64,000 bases of DNA from a virus. The position numbers and the translations under genes are program-made. The stretch covers positions 29,022-93,021 of the IMG/VR virus record IMGVR_UViG_3300037722_001025; one strand, 5' to 3'. Within the stretch, counting starts at the first letter, position 1. The number at the start of each line of letters is the position of its first letter. Shown one piece after another: positions 29,804-40,192 of this stretch. The notes beneath the pieces are model-generated. The model made no database searches, was not told where the DNA came from, and worked only from the letters and a program-made list of their open reading frames with translations.

Positions 29804-30370
29804 ATGGCACTCAAAGAGCCCGAAGAATCTAAAGAGTATCACAAACCAGTAATCGACATTGCTAACAATTCGATGATGAAAGGTGAAGTACGAGAAGGGA
29901 AGCAACTGATAGCTTGGGATTCCATCCAAGATTGTAATACCGAAAGATGCCCCATAGGTAAAACCTGCTTGTATGCGAGGATATCGAAGGAGAAGTGCGC
30001 TTTGCAGGTAGGATACCTGCAAAACCTCACTGATACGATATTCTCTACCTACAGATACCTTGATGAAACCTCGATGTTTAAGATAGGTATGCACCTCATA
30101 CCTTTGTACTCCCAGCTTTGTCGCCAGAAGATAGTTGAAAAATCAGTAGGACGATTAGCATATGAGGACGAGAAGGGACGAACTCATATCCACCCAATAT
30201 ATAAAGAGATACGTGAGACCATGAAGGTCATAACTATCTTGTGGCGGGAAATGGGATTCCCAGTAGCAATGAATCCTGACGTGCCTACAGGTAAAGCAGG
30301 ATTCGGGGATGCCTCACATTATGAGACGATATCTCGGGAAGCTGACAATAAGAGGAACATTGTCCGATAA
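29804..30370 (+). CDS. Probable terminase small subunit
   Basis: First gene of the structural arm; AAGGAGG RBS; HPIYKEIRE...LWREMGF resembles the P27-type TerS C-terminus; positional call. Confidence 0.55.
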   Translation: MALKEPEESKEYHKPVIDIANNSMMKGEVREGKQLIAWDSIQDCNTERCPIGKTCLYARISKEKCALQVGYLQNLTDTIFSTYRYLDETSMFKIGMHLIPLYSQLCRQKIVEKSVGRLAYEDEKGRTHIHPIYKEIRETMKVITILWREMGFPVAMNPDVPTGKAGFGDASHYETISREADNKRNIVR

Positions 30371-30635
30371 CCTCTACACAGGAGAGTTAGAAAATGCGAC
30401 TGGACATCCGGGAAGGGTTTACTGAGGAATGCCTGAAACATGTTGTAGTAGACACTTTGACAAAGCAGATAATTTGGGATGTAGTTGCCGCAGATGATTC
30501 CTTAGGGATGTACCTGATACATAACGATGAAGAAAAGACTATTGAACTGGGGGAATACCGAACAGTTATGAACCCAAACATCAAGATCGTACCTATAAAA
30601 GAAATAATCAACGGTATTTGGATAGGAGGAGAATA

Positions 30636-31073
30636 ATGAGCTTTCCTAGATATCCTGAACGGTGCTTGCGGGGGAATTCAAGATGTCAGCCCTATAGCCA
30701 GATCGCTTCAAACGTAGGACTTGTAGAGGATCAAAGCTTTTTCTGTTGCGGTAAGCATGATGGAACTATGGCACCTGTAGCCCAGGACAAATATACACTT
30801 TGCTTCAAAGGACCTCATCGGGACGACATGGTTTTCATGGATCGTAGGGACTTGGTAGATCAAGCTCATGTAATCCTTGCTGCTCTCAGCTTCATAGAGC
30901 TAGATATGATGGAAGAGAAAGATGAGGAAATAACCCATCTGAAGTCCGTGATATCGGGACAGCGGATAGCAATATCCTATGCCACTATCCTAAATAACGG
31001 ACTTTCAAACAACGAGCCTGTAGATAGGATTCTGAGAGAAGTATACCTTAAATACCAAGGAGAAGACGAATGA
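30636..31073 (+). CDS. Hypothetical protein
   Basis: ORF with AGGAG RBS before MSFPRY. Confidence 0.5.
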   Translation: MSFPRYPERCLRGNSRCQPYSQIASNVGLVEDQSFFCCGKHDGTMAPVAQDKYTLCFKGPHRDDMVFMDRRDLVDQAHVILAALSFIELDMMEEKDEEITHLKSVISGQRIAISYATILNNGLSNNEPVDRILREVYLKYQGEDE

Positions 31074-31636
31074 AGAAAATCTTGCTGTTATTCTCGGTAT
31101 TTCTGTTCTTGACTTCCAGCTGTTTTGCAGAAGGGTATAACCGCGAGGAGTTCGGAGGATGGATTGATGCTGATGGTGACGGACAAGATACCAGAGAGGA
31201 AGTGCTGATAGAGGAATCTCTTATTCCTTTGACTTATTCCTTAAGAAAAGCATGGGAACTCTTCCCTATATTCGGGCTGTTCTATTGTGAACTGACAGGA
31301 CAATATGAGACGGATCCAGGACTTCTGGACATCGATCACCGAGTTCCTCTCAAAGAAGCCTATGAATCAGGAGCCAAGAACTGGCCGAAAGAAAAGAAAG
31401 TTGCCTACGCTAATTATCTAGATAACCCCAATCACCTTGTAGCTGTTATGGCAGGAGCTAATCGATCAAAAGGATCGAAGGACGTAGCTTTGTGGTTACC
31501 TATCGTAAATAAGACGGAATACATGGAGAAGTGGATAGAAATTAAGGAAGAATGGAATCTCTGTTATGACCCTGCCGAAGAAATCGTCTTATCAAATCAT
31601 GGATTTACGGTAACTAACATCTGCTCTGATGAGTGA
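31070..31636 (+). CDS. Secreted HNH-type nuclease (DUF1524-like)
   Basis: Signal peptide; YNREEFGGWID.DGDG.DTREEVL, DIDHRVPLKEA..SGA..W, N..A....NRSKGSK...WLP. Confidence 0.85.
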   Translation: MKKILLLFSVFLFLTSSCFAEGYNREEFGGWIDADGDGQDTREEVLIEESLIPLTYSLRKAWELFPIFGLFYCELTGQYETDPGLLDIDHRVPLKEAYESGAKNWPKEKKVAYANYLDNPNHLVAVMAGANRSKGSKDVALWLPIVNKTEYMEKWIEIKEEWNLCYDPAEEIVLSNHGFTVTNICSDE

Positions 31637-31857
31637 GGATAAATCATGATACGAATAATCCTGGCATATTTCGGTTATGCTAAAATTCCTGTAAAAGTTG
31701 TTCAGCTCTCAATCATGCAAGAGGAATATATTAAAAAATTAATAGATTTGAGGGATTCAGAAGATTGGAAACGACTATTTGAATCCCATTTAGAAGGTCA
31801 AAAGACACTAACTCACTTTCTGAGGTCTTGTAGATTATTAGATAGGGGTAGTAAGAA

Positions 31858-33786
31858 ATGAAACCAGTCCTGCTACGCAGAAAACCAGCACCTATCACAC
31901 AGGAAGAGGTATATGATCCTTCTCTGTATGATCCTGATAAATTACCCCCATATCAGATATATGAACCTTTGGACTATCGTGATGGTCCTGAGGGCTTTAT
32001 CAAGTGGTGTGAAGATAAGGTCTGTATCCCGATCTATCCTGAAGGAAGTGATATTGCCCAATGGGTCAGTATTAAGGATTTGAGTCCTGACATCCACCCT
32101 AAATCAGGAAAAAGCTACGATCATATCTGGCAGATGCAGAAGGTAGAGATTCGTAAGTGCCTGAGAATGGTCAACGGGCGTTTTATTTATCGTCTGATCA
32201 TACTGAGCTGGATGCGGGGGGAAGGAAAGTCACTCCTAGCTTGCCTTATTCAGTTATGGAAGTTTTTTAACTGGCCAAAGCAACAGATTGTCCTCGGAGC
32301 GAATAGTAAAGACCAGATTCGTTTCGTCCATTATGATATTATGAGGGACATCATCAAAAACAGTCCAACCCTGCTTGCAATATGTGGGGATAGGAACGTT
32401 CAGGAGAAAGAAATACGCTTGCGGGATGCTTCAGGTAACGTTTCGTCAGTTTTGCGTCCCATATCGTCTTTTTCGGGTATTGTGTCGAATATTACAGGAT
32501 ACACGTTTTCTGAGATATTTGACATGAAGAATCCGAAGTTTTTTACACAGTTAGACGGGTCTATAAGGAACATTCCGAACGCTTTAGGGGTTATTGACTC
32601 TACAGTTTCCCCAAAAACCCACGTTTTATATAAAATGTACCAATCTTTTGTAGCTAGGCGCACTAAAACGCTCTTTTTCTCGTACCGATGCTCCAAAGAG
32701 GCTTCAATTGCTGATTATTGGAATCCAAATATGGACCAACAGCAGTTGGACGACTATAAAGAGAAATTCCCTCTAGGGGACTTCGAAAAGTATTTCATGA
32801 ATGTCTGGGGAAGTAATGCCCAGCAAGTTTTTACCGCAGAAATGCTTGAAGGGATGAATTATATAGGAATAAATAATAAAGTCACCCCTTACAGCGATAT
32901 TAGAGAACACATTGCAAAGAAACTCAAGCTCAAACAGTCGGTAGAGGATCTAGTTCAGAGAGGAATACCTTGTGATTTTGAGACAGAACTTAAGGAAGTC
33001 AATTTACTGCAATCCCAATTGGTACCCGTAGAAAACATTTACCGACTGCGAGATAAGCATGGAATATCTTGTTCCGCTACTCTTGCAGACCTAGATAAAT
33101 TGGGGGAAATCTATGACACTAACTGGGCCGTCCTCGCAGGAATCGACCGAGCAGATCCACTCAAAAAAGACCGCACGTCGGCGAGAACTATTGTTACGAT
33201 TACGGCAAAAGGTCTACCTGGAAGTAAATCAAATATCTTGGCTGCTGACGGTGGTAACCCTCAGTATATGTATATACTCCTTAATATCGTTCATGTTTCT
33301 GATAGTTTACTTGAGGGAATTAAAGAGGCGATTCTGGAAGCCCATGAAACGTTCGACGGAGTAGATGCAATATGTGGGGAGCGGTGGGGTATCTGGGACA
33401 TGGCTCCTTGGTGTGATGAGCATGGAATTGTGTTTGAACCTATACACCCTTCTTATGATAAGCAGAAAGCCGCGTTTGCAGAGCTTCATGGGGCGATCAG
33501 TACGGGACGATTCAAGACACCACCCATAGCTGTATGGGGAAGCAAGAATGAAGACATTTTGAAGGAAGAAGCAGAAATCTTCTATCATGATGATGAGAAA
33601 AGATGGTTCGGATCACCCGAAAAGATGGAGAAAAATGGAGTACAGGACGATGTTATGTTTGCTGAAGGATGGGGCATCTATGGAGGCCGACTATTCAAAG
33701 CTGACACTTTTAAAGAACGGAACCACAAGATATTTTTTGGTACTATGGTCAGAAACAAAGCACTCCTCACTTCAAATATGAAATAG
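31858..33786 (+). CDS. terL: Terminase large subunit
   Basis: Walker A MRGEGKS, GANSKDQ, nuclease AGIDRA and QDD; upstream of portal. Confidence 0.85.
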   Translation: MKPVLLRRKPAPITQEEVYDPSLYDPDKLPPYQIYEPLDYRDGPEGFIKWCEDKVCIPIYPEGSDIAQWVSIKDLSPDIHPKSGKSYDHIWQMQKVEIRKCLRMVNGRFIYRLIILSWMRGEGKSLLACLIQLWKFFNWPKQQIVLGANSKDQIRFVHYDIMRDIIKNSPTLLAICGDRNVQEKEIRLRDASGNVSSVLRPISSFSGIVSNITGYTFSEIFDMKNPKFFTQLDGSIRNIPNALGVIDSTVSPKTHVLYKMYQSFVARRTKTLFFSYRCSKEASIADYWNPNMDQQQLDDYKEKFPLGDFEKYFMNVWGSNAQQVFTAEMLEGMNYIGINNKVTPYSDIREHIAKKLKLKQSVEDLVQRGIPCDFETELKEVNLLQSQLVPVENIYRLRDKHGISCSATLADLDKLGEIYDTNWAVLAGIDRADPLKKDRTSARTIVTITAKGLPGSKSNILAADGGNPQYMYILLNIVHVSDSLLEGIKEAILEAHETFDGVDAICGERWGIWDMAPWCDEHGIVFEPIHPSYDKQKAAFAELHGAISTGRFKTPPIAVWGSKNEDILKEEAEIFYHDDEKRWFGSPEKMEKNGVQDDVMFAEGWGIYGGRLFKADTFKERNHKIFFGTMVRNKALLTSNMK

Positions 33787-33794
33787 GAGATAAT

Positions 33795-34247
33795 ATGAAC
33801 TTTTGTTGGGTTAAGAAAAAAGTATTACTTCTTATGAAGGAAGAAGGATGGAAGAAGTTTCCAAATGAAACTGGTGGTATTTTGCTAGGTTATCGAAAAG
33901 ATCGTTCAGCCGTAGTGACTCAATTAGTTGGTCCTGGTCCTTTAGCCAAACATGAACAGTTTGGATTTACTCCAGATTATGGATTCCATATGTCAGAAGT
34001 GGATAGAATATTTGTAGAATCAGAAGGAACTGAAATTTATTTGGGTGATTGGCATACCCATCCTAAAGGATCTACAGAATTAAGTGATTTGGATATAAAA
34101 TGCCTTGATACGGTAGCAAAATATAAAGAGGCTTATAATCCCAATCCTCTGATGCTCGTTTTAGGTGGGAATCTAGATCGTTTGGGTGTGTATGGTTACT
34201 CTAAAGAACGAAAAGTGACAGGTTTACCATATGTTCTTTTCAGTTAA
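33795..34247 (+). CDS. JAB/MPN (Mov34) domain metallo-isopeptidase
   Basis: ETGGILLG ... GPGP ... GDWHTHP....LS..D JAMM motif intact. Confidence 0.9.
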   Translation: MNFCWVKKKVLLLMKEEGWKKFPNETGGILLGYRKDRSAVVTQLVGPGPLAKHEQFGFTPDYGFHMSEVDRIFVESEGTEIYLGDWHTHPKGSTELSDLDIKCLDTVAKYKEAYNPNPLMLVLGGNLDRLGVYGYSKERKVTGLPYVLFS

Positions 34248-34626
34248 CAGATATGAGCATTTCACAAATTGGAGTAGCTCACCGCTCAACACCGTGCTTC
34301 TCCGAACTGTTCTTGACACTCAAAATAGACGCAATTTGTGTCAGAAAGACAAATCCCATGAGTGATGATCCCAGAAAAGCTAAAACCTTAGGAGAAGCTT
34401 GTGAAAATGTAGATGGGTCATTTAACGGCATAAAAATGATATCCTGGTTATCAGAAGTGCTAAACCCAGGAAAAGGTATACCTGAAGAAGAAGTGCTTAA
34501 AATATGGGAAGAAGTAAGGGTTAAAAAGAATCAGAAAAAATAATTCTTGGATATCAATATTTTACTTGATATGTCAAAAATTGGGGTGTATTTTTATGAT
34601 AACCAGGTAAACCAAGAGGCTATTAG

Positions 34627-36222
34627 ATGAAAAACAATTCTGAAAAATTGAAGATAGCCATATCAGCTCTTGAGGACCTAAATGATGGTGAGCTTGCGGG
34701 ACTCAAGTTCTCTATGCCTTGGCAGATGGATGAAGAAGAAAGGTCCAAAAGTGATCCTGACTTCAGAAATTCAGCATCCGAAGAAATGAGTAGGGAAAAA
34801 CTTCAGTTGTCTTGTTGGAACAAATTCAATGAAAATCCTCAAGTAGGAACCGCAGTAAAGGGTCAAGTAGGCAGATTAGCCGGCTACGGTTTTGAAGTCA
34901 CCTCAGAAATTCCTGAAATACAAGATGCTATAGAGGAAGTGGAGTTAGATCCTAGAAATCGATTGTATACTTACTGGCCTAAGTATGTGGCCAGATCGAT
35001 TGTCGAAGGAGAGCTTTTCCTCTGTTTGACTGTTCATAAAGATGGTTTTATTGAGGTAGATTTTATTGATCCCAGTAACATCACAGGTGGTGGGGAAGAT
35101 GGAGTAATATACCATCCCAATAAACCCACAATGCCTTTGTTTTATTTTGTTAAACAAGAAGGTGCTCCTGCAAGTCAAAAAACAACTCTTGTTCCTACAA
35201 TATTCATTGCCCGATATCCTGAATTGATCACAATAGCAAAACAAATGTCAAATTTTCAGGAAGCTTTGACAAATTCCAGTAAATCATCAGGTAAAGAATT
35301 TAAAAAATTGGGTGGTTACAACAGATTTATTGTATCTTGGGACAAAGGATTCCTCACCAAACGTAATGTTTCTTATCTCCGGACCATTCTTGAGTGGTTG
35401 AACCACTATGAAAATCTCAAAAAATATGAAATAGATCATAAAAAATCAGCAGGTTCTTATCTCTGGGTTATTACGATGGAAGATCCTAAGGCGTTCAGAA
35501 CCTGGTTGTCTTTGACTGATGCAGAACGAGCAAAAACAGGCATTTTAGCCAAGAAAACTCCTGGTGGAACTCTTATTCTTCCTCCAGGAATGAAGATGGA
35601 AGTTCAAAACCCAAGTTTACCTAATATCAGTGAGTCGGATACTGATATTTTCCATATGATCACTTCAGGACTCAATGAACCTGAAGATGTCACTTCAGGT
35701 CAATCCAAAGGAACTTTTGCTTCTGTTAAAGCATCAAGGGGACCAATGGCTGATAGGACAGCCGATGAAATTTCTTATTTTGAGAAGTTCCTTCGTCATG
35801 ATTTTTATGGTAGCGTCTTTTTCCTTAAATCGGCAGTAACAAAGTTTCCCACTTCATTTGCTCAGAAACAAGCTGTTGATTTTAAAGGACAAGAACCTGT
35901 TTTCAAGCTTGTTAAAAAACGAGCTGAAATGTGGCTTTGTATAGGATTCCCCACTTCTGAAACAAATGATGCAGAAGGTACTGCAAGAGCTTTCCTTGGA
36001 GTCAAGCACGGAAGTACGTTTGAAACTCTGGGAGTACCAAATGAAATTATTGCCAAGAAAATGGGTATGAATAATTACCGAAGACTCAGATTACAACATG
36101 CAACAGAAATGGATAGGTATCCTGAACTTGCTCTTTCCGTCGATCAAGCCGCAATTGAAGCGAAGGGTGACAAAAACCCTGATGCCACTCCAGTAACAAA
36201 ACCAAAAGCAAAGAAATCTTAA
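34627..36222 (+). CDS. Portal protein
   Basis: 531 aa after terL; RSIVEGELFL, FIDPSNI patterns; gene order. Confidence 0.75.
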   Translation: MKNNSEKLKIAISALEDLNDGELAGLKFSMPWQMDEEERSKSDPDFRNSASEEMSREKLQLSCWNKFNENPQVGTAVKGQVGRLAGYGFEVTSEIPEIQDAIEEVELDPRNRLYTYWPKYVARSIVEGELFLCLTVHKDGFIEVDFIDPSNITGGGEDGVIYHPNKPTMPLFYFVKQEGAPASQKTTLVPTIFIARYPELITIAKQMSNFQEALTNSSKSSGKEFKKLGGYNRFIVSWDKGFLTKRNVSYLRTILEWLNHYENLKKYEIDHKKSAGSYLWVITMEDPKAFRTWLSLTDAERAKTGILAKKTPGGTLILPPGMKMEVQNPSLPNISESDTDIFHMITSGLNEPEDVTSGQSKGTFASVKASRGPMADRTADEISYFEKFLRHDFYGSVFFLKSAVTKFPTSFAQKQAVDFKGQEPVFKLVKKRAEMWLCIGFPTSETNDAEGTARAFLGVKHGSTFETLGVPNEIIAKKMGMNNYRRLRLQHATEMDRYPELALSVDQAAIEAKGDKNPDATPVTKPKAKKS

Positions 36223-36248
36223 GGCTCGAAAAAAGAATAATTTTTTAC

Positions 36249-36276
36249 TTGATATTACCCCGTAAAGGGTGATAAT
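36249..36276 (+). promoter_or_regulatory. Putative promoter for head genes
   Basis: TTTTACTTGATA-N16-GATAAT; a similar TTTACTTGATAT lies upstream of the portal gene. Confidence 0.5.
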
Positions 36277-36320
36277 GGTAAACATATAAGCCAATTGAAA
36301 GAACTAAATGGGAGGTATCC

Positions 36321-37469
36321 GTGGCGACTAAAACTGAAAAACTTAGTAAAGCCGCACTACAATTTGTGGATCCCCAGTGTTTTGCAGCTGCTAACACTAA
36401 GGAAGAGCAACCCAAATTGGAAATGACAGTTTATTCTGGTGGTGTGATTCCTAACCATTGGTATTGGGGTGATCTTGCTATTGATCTTTCTGGTATGAGC
36501 TTTCCTAAAGCAAAAACTCCCATACTTGAAGACCACAATACCAGCAAGAAGATTGGGTTTTCCACAAAGATGAGTACTGAAGGGAACAAGCTTTCGGTAG
36601 CTGAGTCAGTCTTTCTAGATACTCCTGAAAGTCTTGTTTTCCGTTCAAATTCTGCTGCTGGGTTTCCTTATGAAGCATCTATGTATGTTCGCCCCACCTC
36701 TGTTGAAGAAGTGGGTAATGGGGTTGAAGTAGATGTTAATGGTTTCAAATTTAAAGGTCCTGGTACCATTTGGAGAAAATCCATATTCAAGGAAGCGTCG
36801 GTTTGTACATTTGGGTATGACCCCAACACCAGATCGGCTGCAATGTCTGAAGGAGAAGAAGAGTGTATTTTTGAGGTCGTAAGTAAATCTGAAGAAAACC
36901 TTGAAACACCTAACAGAGAGGAGAAAACAAGCATGAATCTTGAAAAACTCAAAGCGGAGCACCCGGAACTGTATGCCCAGATCATGGCTGCAGGAGAAGC
37001 CAATGCCAAGGCTCAGTTTTCCGCAGTGCAAGTGACCCTGGAGAAACAGATCACCACTCTTACTGAGGAGAATACGAAACTCTCCCAAGAGAACAAAGAT
37101 GGTGAGAAACGCCTCCTGGCCCTCGAAAAATCGGAAGCCATTCGCACTGAAAAAGCAATTTCTGAATCGGCTGACAACATTTTCAACGCCCAGTTCAAGG
37201 AAACTAGTCTGCCGGTTCGCCTGCATGAAAAGATTCGGAAGCTTGTCAGTCATGAGAAATTCGTGGCTGATGGTGTGTTCGACACTGAAGCTTTCAAGGC
37301 AGCAGTTGATACCGAGCTGACTGACTGGAATCCTTCGAATGAAGGTTCCGTTCTCGGCTTCAGTTCCACCAGCAAAGATTATCAGACCGATGAAAGCAAA
37401 CTGCAGGATAAAGCCTCTGATGCAATTGTTGATCGGATGCTTCGCCACATTGGTCAGGAAGCTAAGTAA
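36321..37469 (+). CDS. Prohead protease fused to scaffold
   Basis: PILEDH, GFPYEAS, EASVCTFGYDPNT protease motifs; C-terminal coiled coil beginning MNLEKLKAEHPELY. Confidence 0.8.
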   Translation: MATKTEKLSKAALQFVDPQCFAAANTKEEQPKLEMTVYSGGVIPNHWYWGDLAIDLSGMSFPKAKTPILEDHNTSKKIGFSTKMSTEGNKLSVAESVFLDTPESLVFRSNSAAGFPYEASMYVRPTSVEEVGNGVEVDVNGFKFKGPGTIWRKSIFKEASVCTFGYDPNTRSAAMSEGEEECIFEVVSKSEENLETPNREEKTSMNLEKLKAEHPELYAQIMAAGEANAKAQFSAVQVTLEKQITTLTEENTKLSQENKDGEKRLLALEKSEAIRTEKAISESADNIFNAQFKETSLPVRLHEKIRKLVSHEKFVADGVFDTEAFKAAVDTELTDWNPSNEGSVLGFSSTSKDYQTDESKLQDKASDAIVDRMLRHIGQEAK

Positions 37470-37512
37470 TCCTGTTCATACATATATAAACATCATTCAG
37501 CGGAGGTAAATC

Positions 37513-38202
37513 ATGAAGGAATTGGGTGGAAGCATTCCAGGTCTTGTCCGTAATGCAGAAGGGCCGGGAATCAAACGGTTGTTTTATTCCCAGAGGGACA
37601 TTGCCCTCATTCTCAACAAAACTCTGGCTCCCGGTTATGGGGTTCTCAAGGCCGGCACCGTCCTCGCTCAGAACATTTCTGCTGCCGGCAACAAAGGTCT
37701 TCTCGTTCCCTATGTTCCGGTCTACGGGGACATGGTTTTCGGCACTGATGCTGCTCTCGGTGTCGCTCCCATGGTGCTCAACGGATCGTCTGCCAAGGTG
37801 TATGTTAGCCTTCAGGATTCTTACAAGTTTGTCGTGGGAGACCAGCTCTATTTCGAGAACACTACCGGCGACGGCTTGGTCGATTGTGGTGTCATTACTG
37901 CAATCACCCGTACTGATGCCCGCTATGCGGAAATCGACTGCGGCGCCTACACTGCGACCAACGCCACCATCGCTAAATCGGCGTATGTCTTCGTGAAGGC
38001 CGGAACGACTCCGTTCTCCCTCGCCAAGTACATTCTCGACAAAGATGTTGACACCGGCAAAGGGGAAGATGCAGCTGGAGGCCTTGCTTCCTGCGTTTAT
38101 TCCAATGCCATGCTGTACTCTGCATCTCTGATCAATTGCACCTCCGAAGCCATTACGTCCCTCGGTGCTGTTGTTGACGGCCAGTTCACCATTCTCAAGT
38201 AA
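37513..38202 (+). CDS. Head decoration protein
   Basis: GVLKAGTVLA motif; between protease and major capsid gene. Confidence 0.7.
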   Translation: MKELGGSIPGLVRNAEGPGIKRLFYSQRDIALILNKTLAPGYGVLKAGTVLAQNISAAGNKGLLVPYVPVYGDMVFGTDAALGVAPMVLNGSSAKVYVSLQDSYKFVVGDQLYFENTTGDGLVDCGVITAITRTDARYAEIDCGAYTATNATIAKSAYVFVKAGTTPFSLAKYILDKDVDTGKGEDAAGGLASCVYSNAMLYSASLINCTSEAITSLGAVVDGQFTILK

Positions 38203-38249
38203 CCAAGGCCGTCAACAGACGGTTAAACCCTTTTCAGGAGGATAAATAA

Positions 38250-39470
38250 ATGAAAGGTATCGAGGGAATCCCGGCATTGCACCTGTCGACCCTTAACAAG
38301 CTGATCTCAAAGCTTGATAAGGTGCCGGCTAACTTTTTCAGCAACCTCTTTTCCGCAGTACAGTATCCATCTGACACGATCAAATGGGAACTGGAATATG
38401 CGTCGGGCGGAATGACTCCGTTCGTAGCACCTGGTACCATCGCTCCGACTGTCGGAATCGATGGAATCAGTCAAGCTGAAGCGCGTTCAGCTTACTGGAA
38501 AGAAAAAATGTACTTCGACGAGGAATTCCTCAACAACATGCGTGAGCCTGGTACTACAGCAACTTATGCGACGGCCGAACGCAAACTTGCTAAAGGGGTG
38601 AGGAAACTCCAATATCGTTGTAATCGGCGCCGTGAGTGGATGTGTTCCCAGATGGTGACCCAAGGATCACTCAACTACGCCACCAATAGTGGCACCAAGT
38701 TTGCTATCAGCTACGGCATCCCTTCGACCCACATCGTCACTCTGGATCAAGCAACCCGCAACTGGAAAACGGGAACTTCCCGCAACCCCGTCGAGGACAT
38801 CTTCGACGCTAAACAGGTTCTTTCGACGGACGCCTCAGTTGTTCCCGAATATGCCATGATGAACAGCGAACTGCTGAAGGTACTTATTCTAGACAGCAAA
38901 ATTCAGGCCCTCCTGGAGAAATCTGCTTTCGGTAACGGCGACCTCTTCTCCAATCCCAATCAGGTCCTCGCCTCTCTGCTCGGAATCGGCAAGCTCACCG
39001 TTTATGATGAGCTGTATGAGGTTCAATCTGGCCTGATCACCACTCCTGGTAGCACCACCATTTATGTCGAAGATTCTACCGATTTCGAAGTAGGCGGAGT
39101 TGCCCGCTTCGTCAATATGGTGCTTTACAACGTCTGGGAAGATGAAACTATCACAGGGGTTGATCCTGTCGCTTCTACTATCACTGTTGCTGCTCAGCCG
39201 AGTGCTACTTTCGTTGGCGGCCGGGACAAGGTCGTTATGCGGAAGAAATTCATTGCCGACAACGAGTTCCATCTGTTCGCTACCAAGGCCGGCGGAGAGC
39301 CCATCGCCGAGTTCATGGAAGCTCCTTACGGCATCGATCGGCGCTGGGGCTTCTTCGCCGACACCAAGCTGGAGTGGGATCCTGAAGGCATCTGGCTGCG
39401 TGTCCAGGATAAAGGTCTTCCCGTTCTGTATCATCCTGATACGACCTTCAAGCTCATCTGCTTCTCGTAA
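38250..39470 (+). CDS. Major capsid protein (lambda gpE-like)
   Basis: MTPFVAP, RRREWMCSQ, WDPEG....LPV motifs; GC-biased codons of a highly expressed gene. Confidence 0.88.
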   Translation: MKGIEGIPALHLSTLNKLISKLDKVPANFFSNLFSAVQYPSDTIKWELEYASGGMTPFVAPGTIAPTVGIDGISQAEARSAYWKEKMYFDEEFLNNMREPGTTATYATAERKLAKGVRKLQYRCNRRREWMCSQMVTQGSLNYATNSGTKFAISYGIPSTHIVTLDQATRNWKTGTSRNPVEDIFDAKQVLSTDASVVPEYAMMNSELLKVLILDSKIQALLEKSAFGNGDLFSNPNQVLASLLGIGKLTVYDELYEVQSGLITTPGSTTIYVEDSTDFEVGGVARFVNMVLYNVWEDETITGVDPVASTITVAAQPSATFVGGRDKVVMRKKFIADNEFHLFATKAGGEPIAEFMEAPYGIDRRWGFFADTKLEWDPEGIWLRVQDKGLPVLYHPDTTFKLICFS

Positions 39471-39523
39471 TGTTACTGGATGGGGAGGGTAACACCTCCC
39501 ACCACTAAACTCTTGGAGGAAAA

Positions 39524-40192
39524 ATGTCTGAACATAATAAAAGGGAAGCAATCAACAGGTTGCAGGCGGCTGTTGCTGAATTGCAAGCTCTTATTCCTGG
39601 ACTTGATCTGGGAGAATTTGCAGTTCTGAATGGGGTTGTTGCTGGAACCGTCACTGCTGGTAAAGCTCTTGTTGTAGGGGATAATAAGGAACTGGACACC
39701 CTCGATCTTACCGAGTTGGTGTTAGGTGGCACCCCTGTCACGTCTTCTGCTGATGAAGTGAATGCCTTGACTGGGATGATAGCAAAGGTTGGTGAATTGA
39801 ACCTTTTGGCTGATACGGTGGCCGCTTTCTCTTTTACTCCTGCTGCAGGAGCTGCAAATGTTTGTGAAGTTACGATTCAGGCGAAGGATGCTCAAGATGT
39901 CAACATGACCCGACCAGTACTGTTCTTGCTTCATCTTTCTGATGATGCCACAGGGCTGGGGTTGACTGCTACGGATGCTTCTGGTACTGTTACTGCAAAA
40001 GCTGCCAGTGGTACTGATTTTGGCGTACTCACCGCCAAAAAGGCACTGCTTGCTCAGACCAAAGCAGATGGTTCTTTCATTCTGGAAATCACCGACACGG
40101 CAAAAACTAGTTTTTACGTCATTGCAACACCTCTTGTCGGTTGTGCTCCTAGTGGTAGTGCCGCTCTCATTACTGCTGATTATGGTGCTTGA
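39524..40192 (+). CDS. Putative head fibre / structural protein
   Basis: GVVAGTVTAGKALVV...VTSSADEVNAL fibre-like repeat; follows the major capsid gene. Confidence 0.55.
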   Translation: MSEHNKREAINRLQAAVAELQALIPGLDLGEFAVLNGVVAGTVTAGKALVVGDNKELDTLDLTELVLGGTPVTSSADEVNALTGMIAKVGELNLLADTVAAFSFTPAAGAANVCEVTIQAKDAQDVNMTRPVLFLLHLSDDATGLGLTATDASGTVTAKAASGTDFGVLTAKKALLAQTKADGSFILEITDTAKTSFYVIATPLVGCAPSGSAALITADYGA

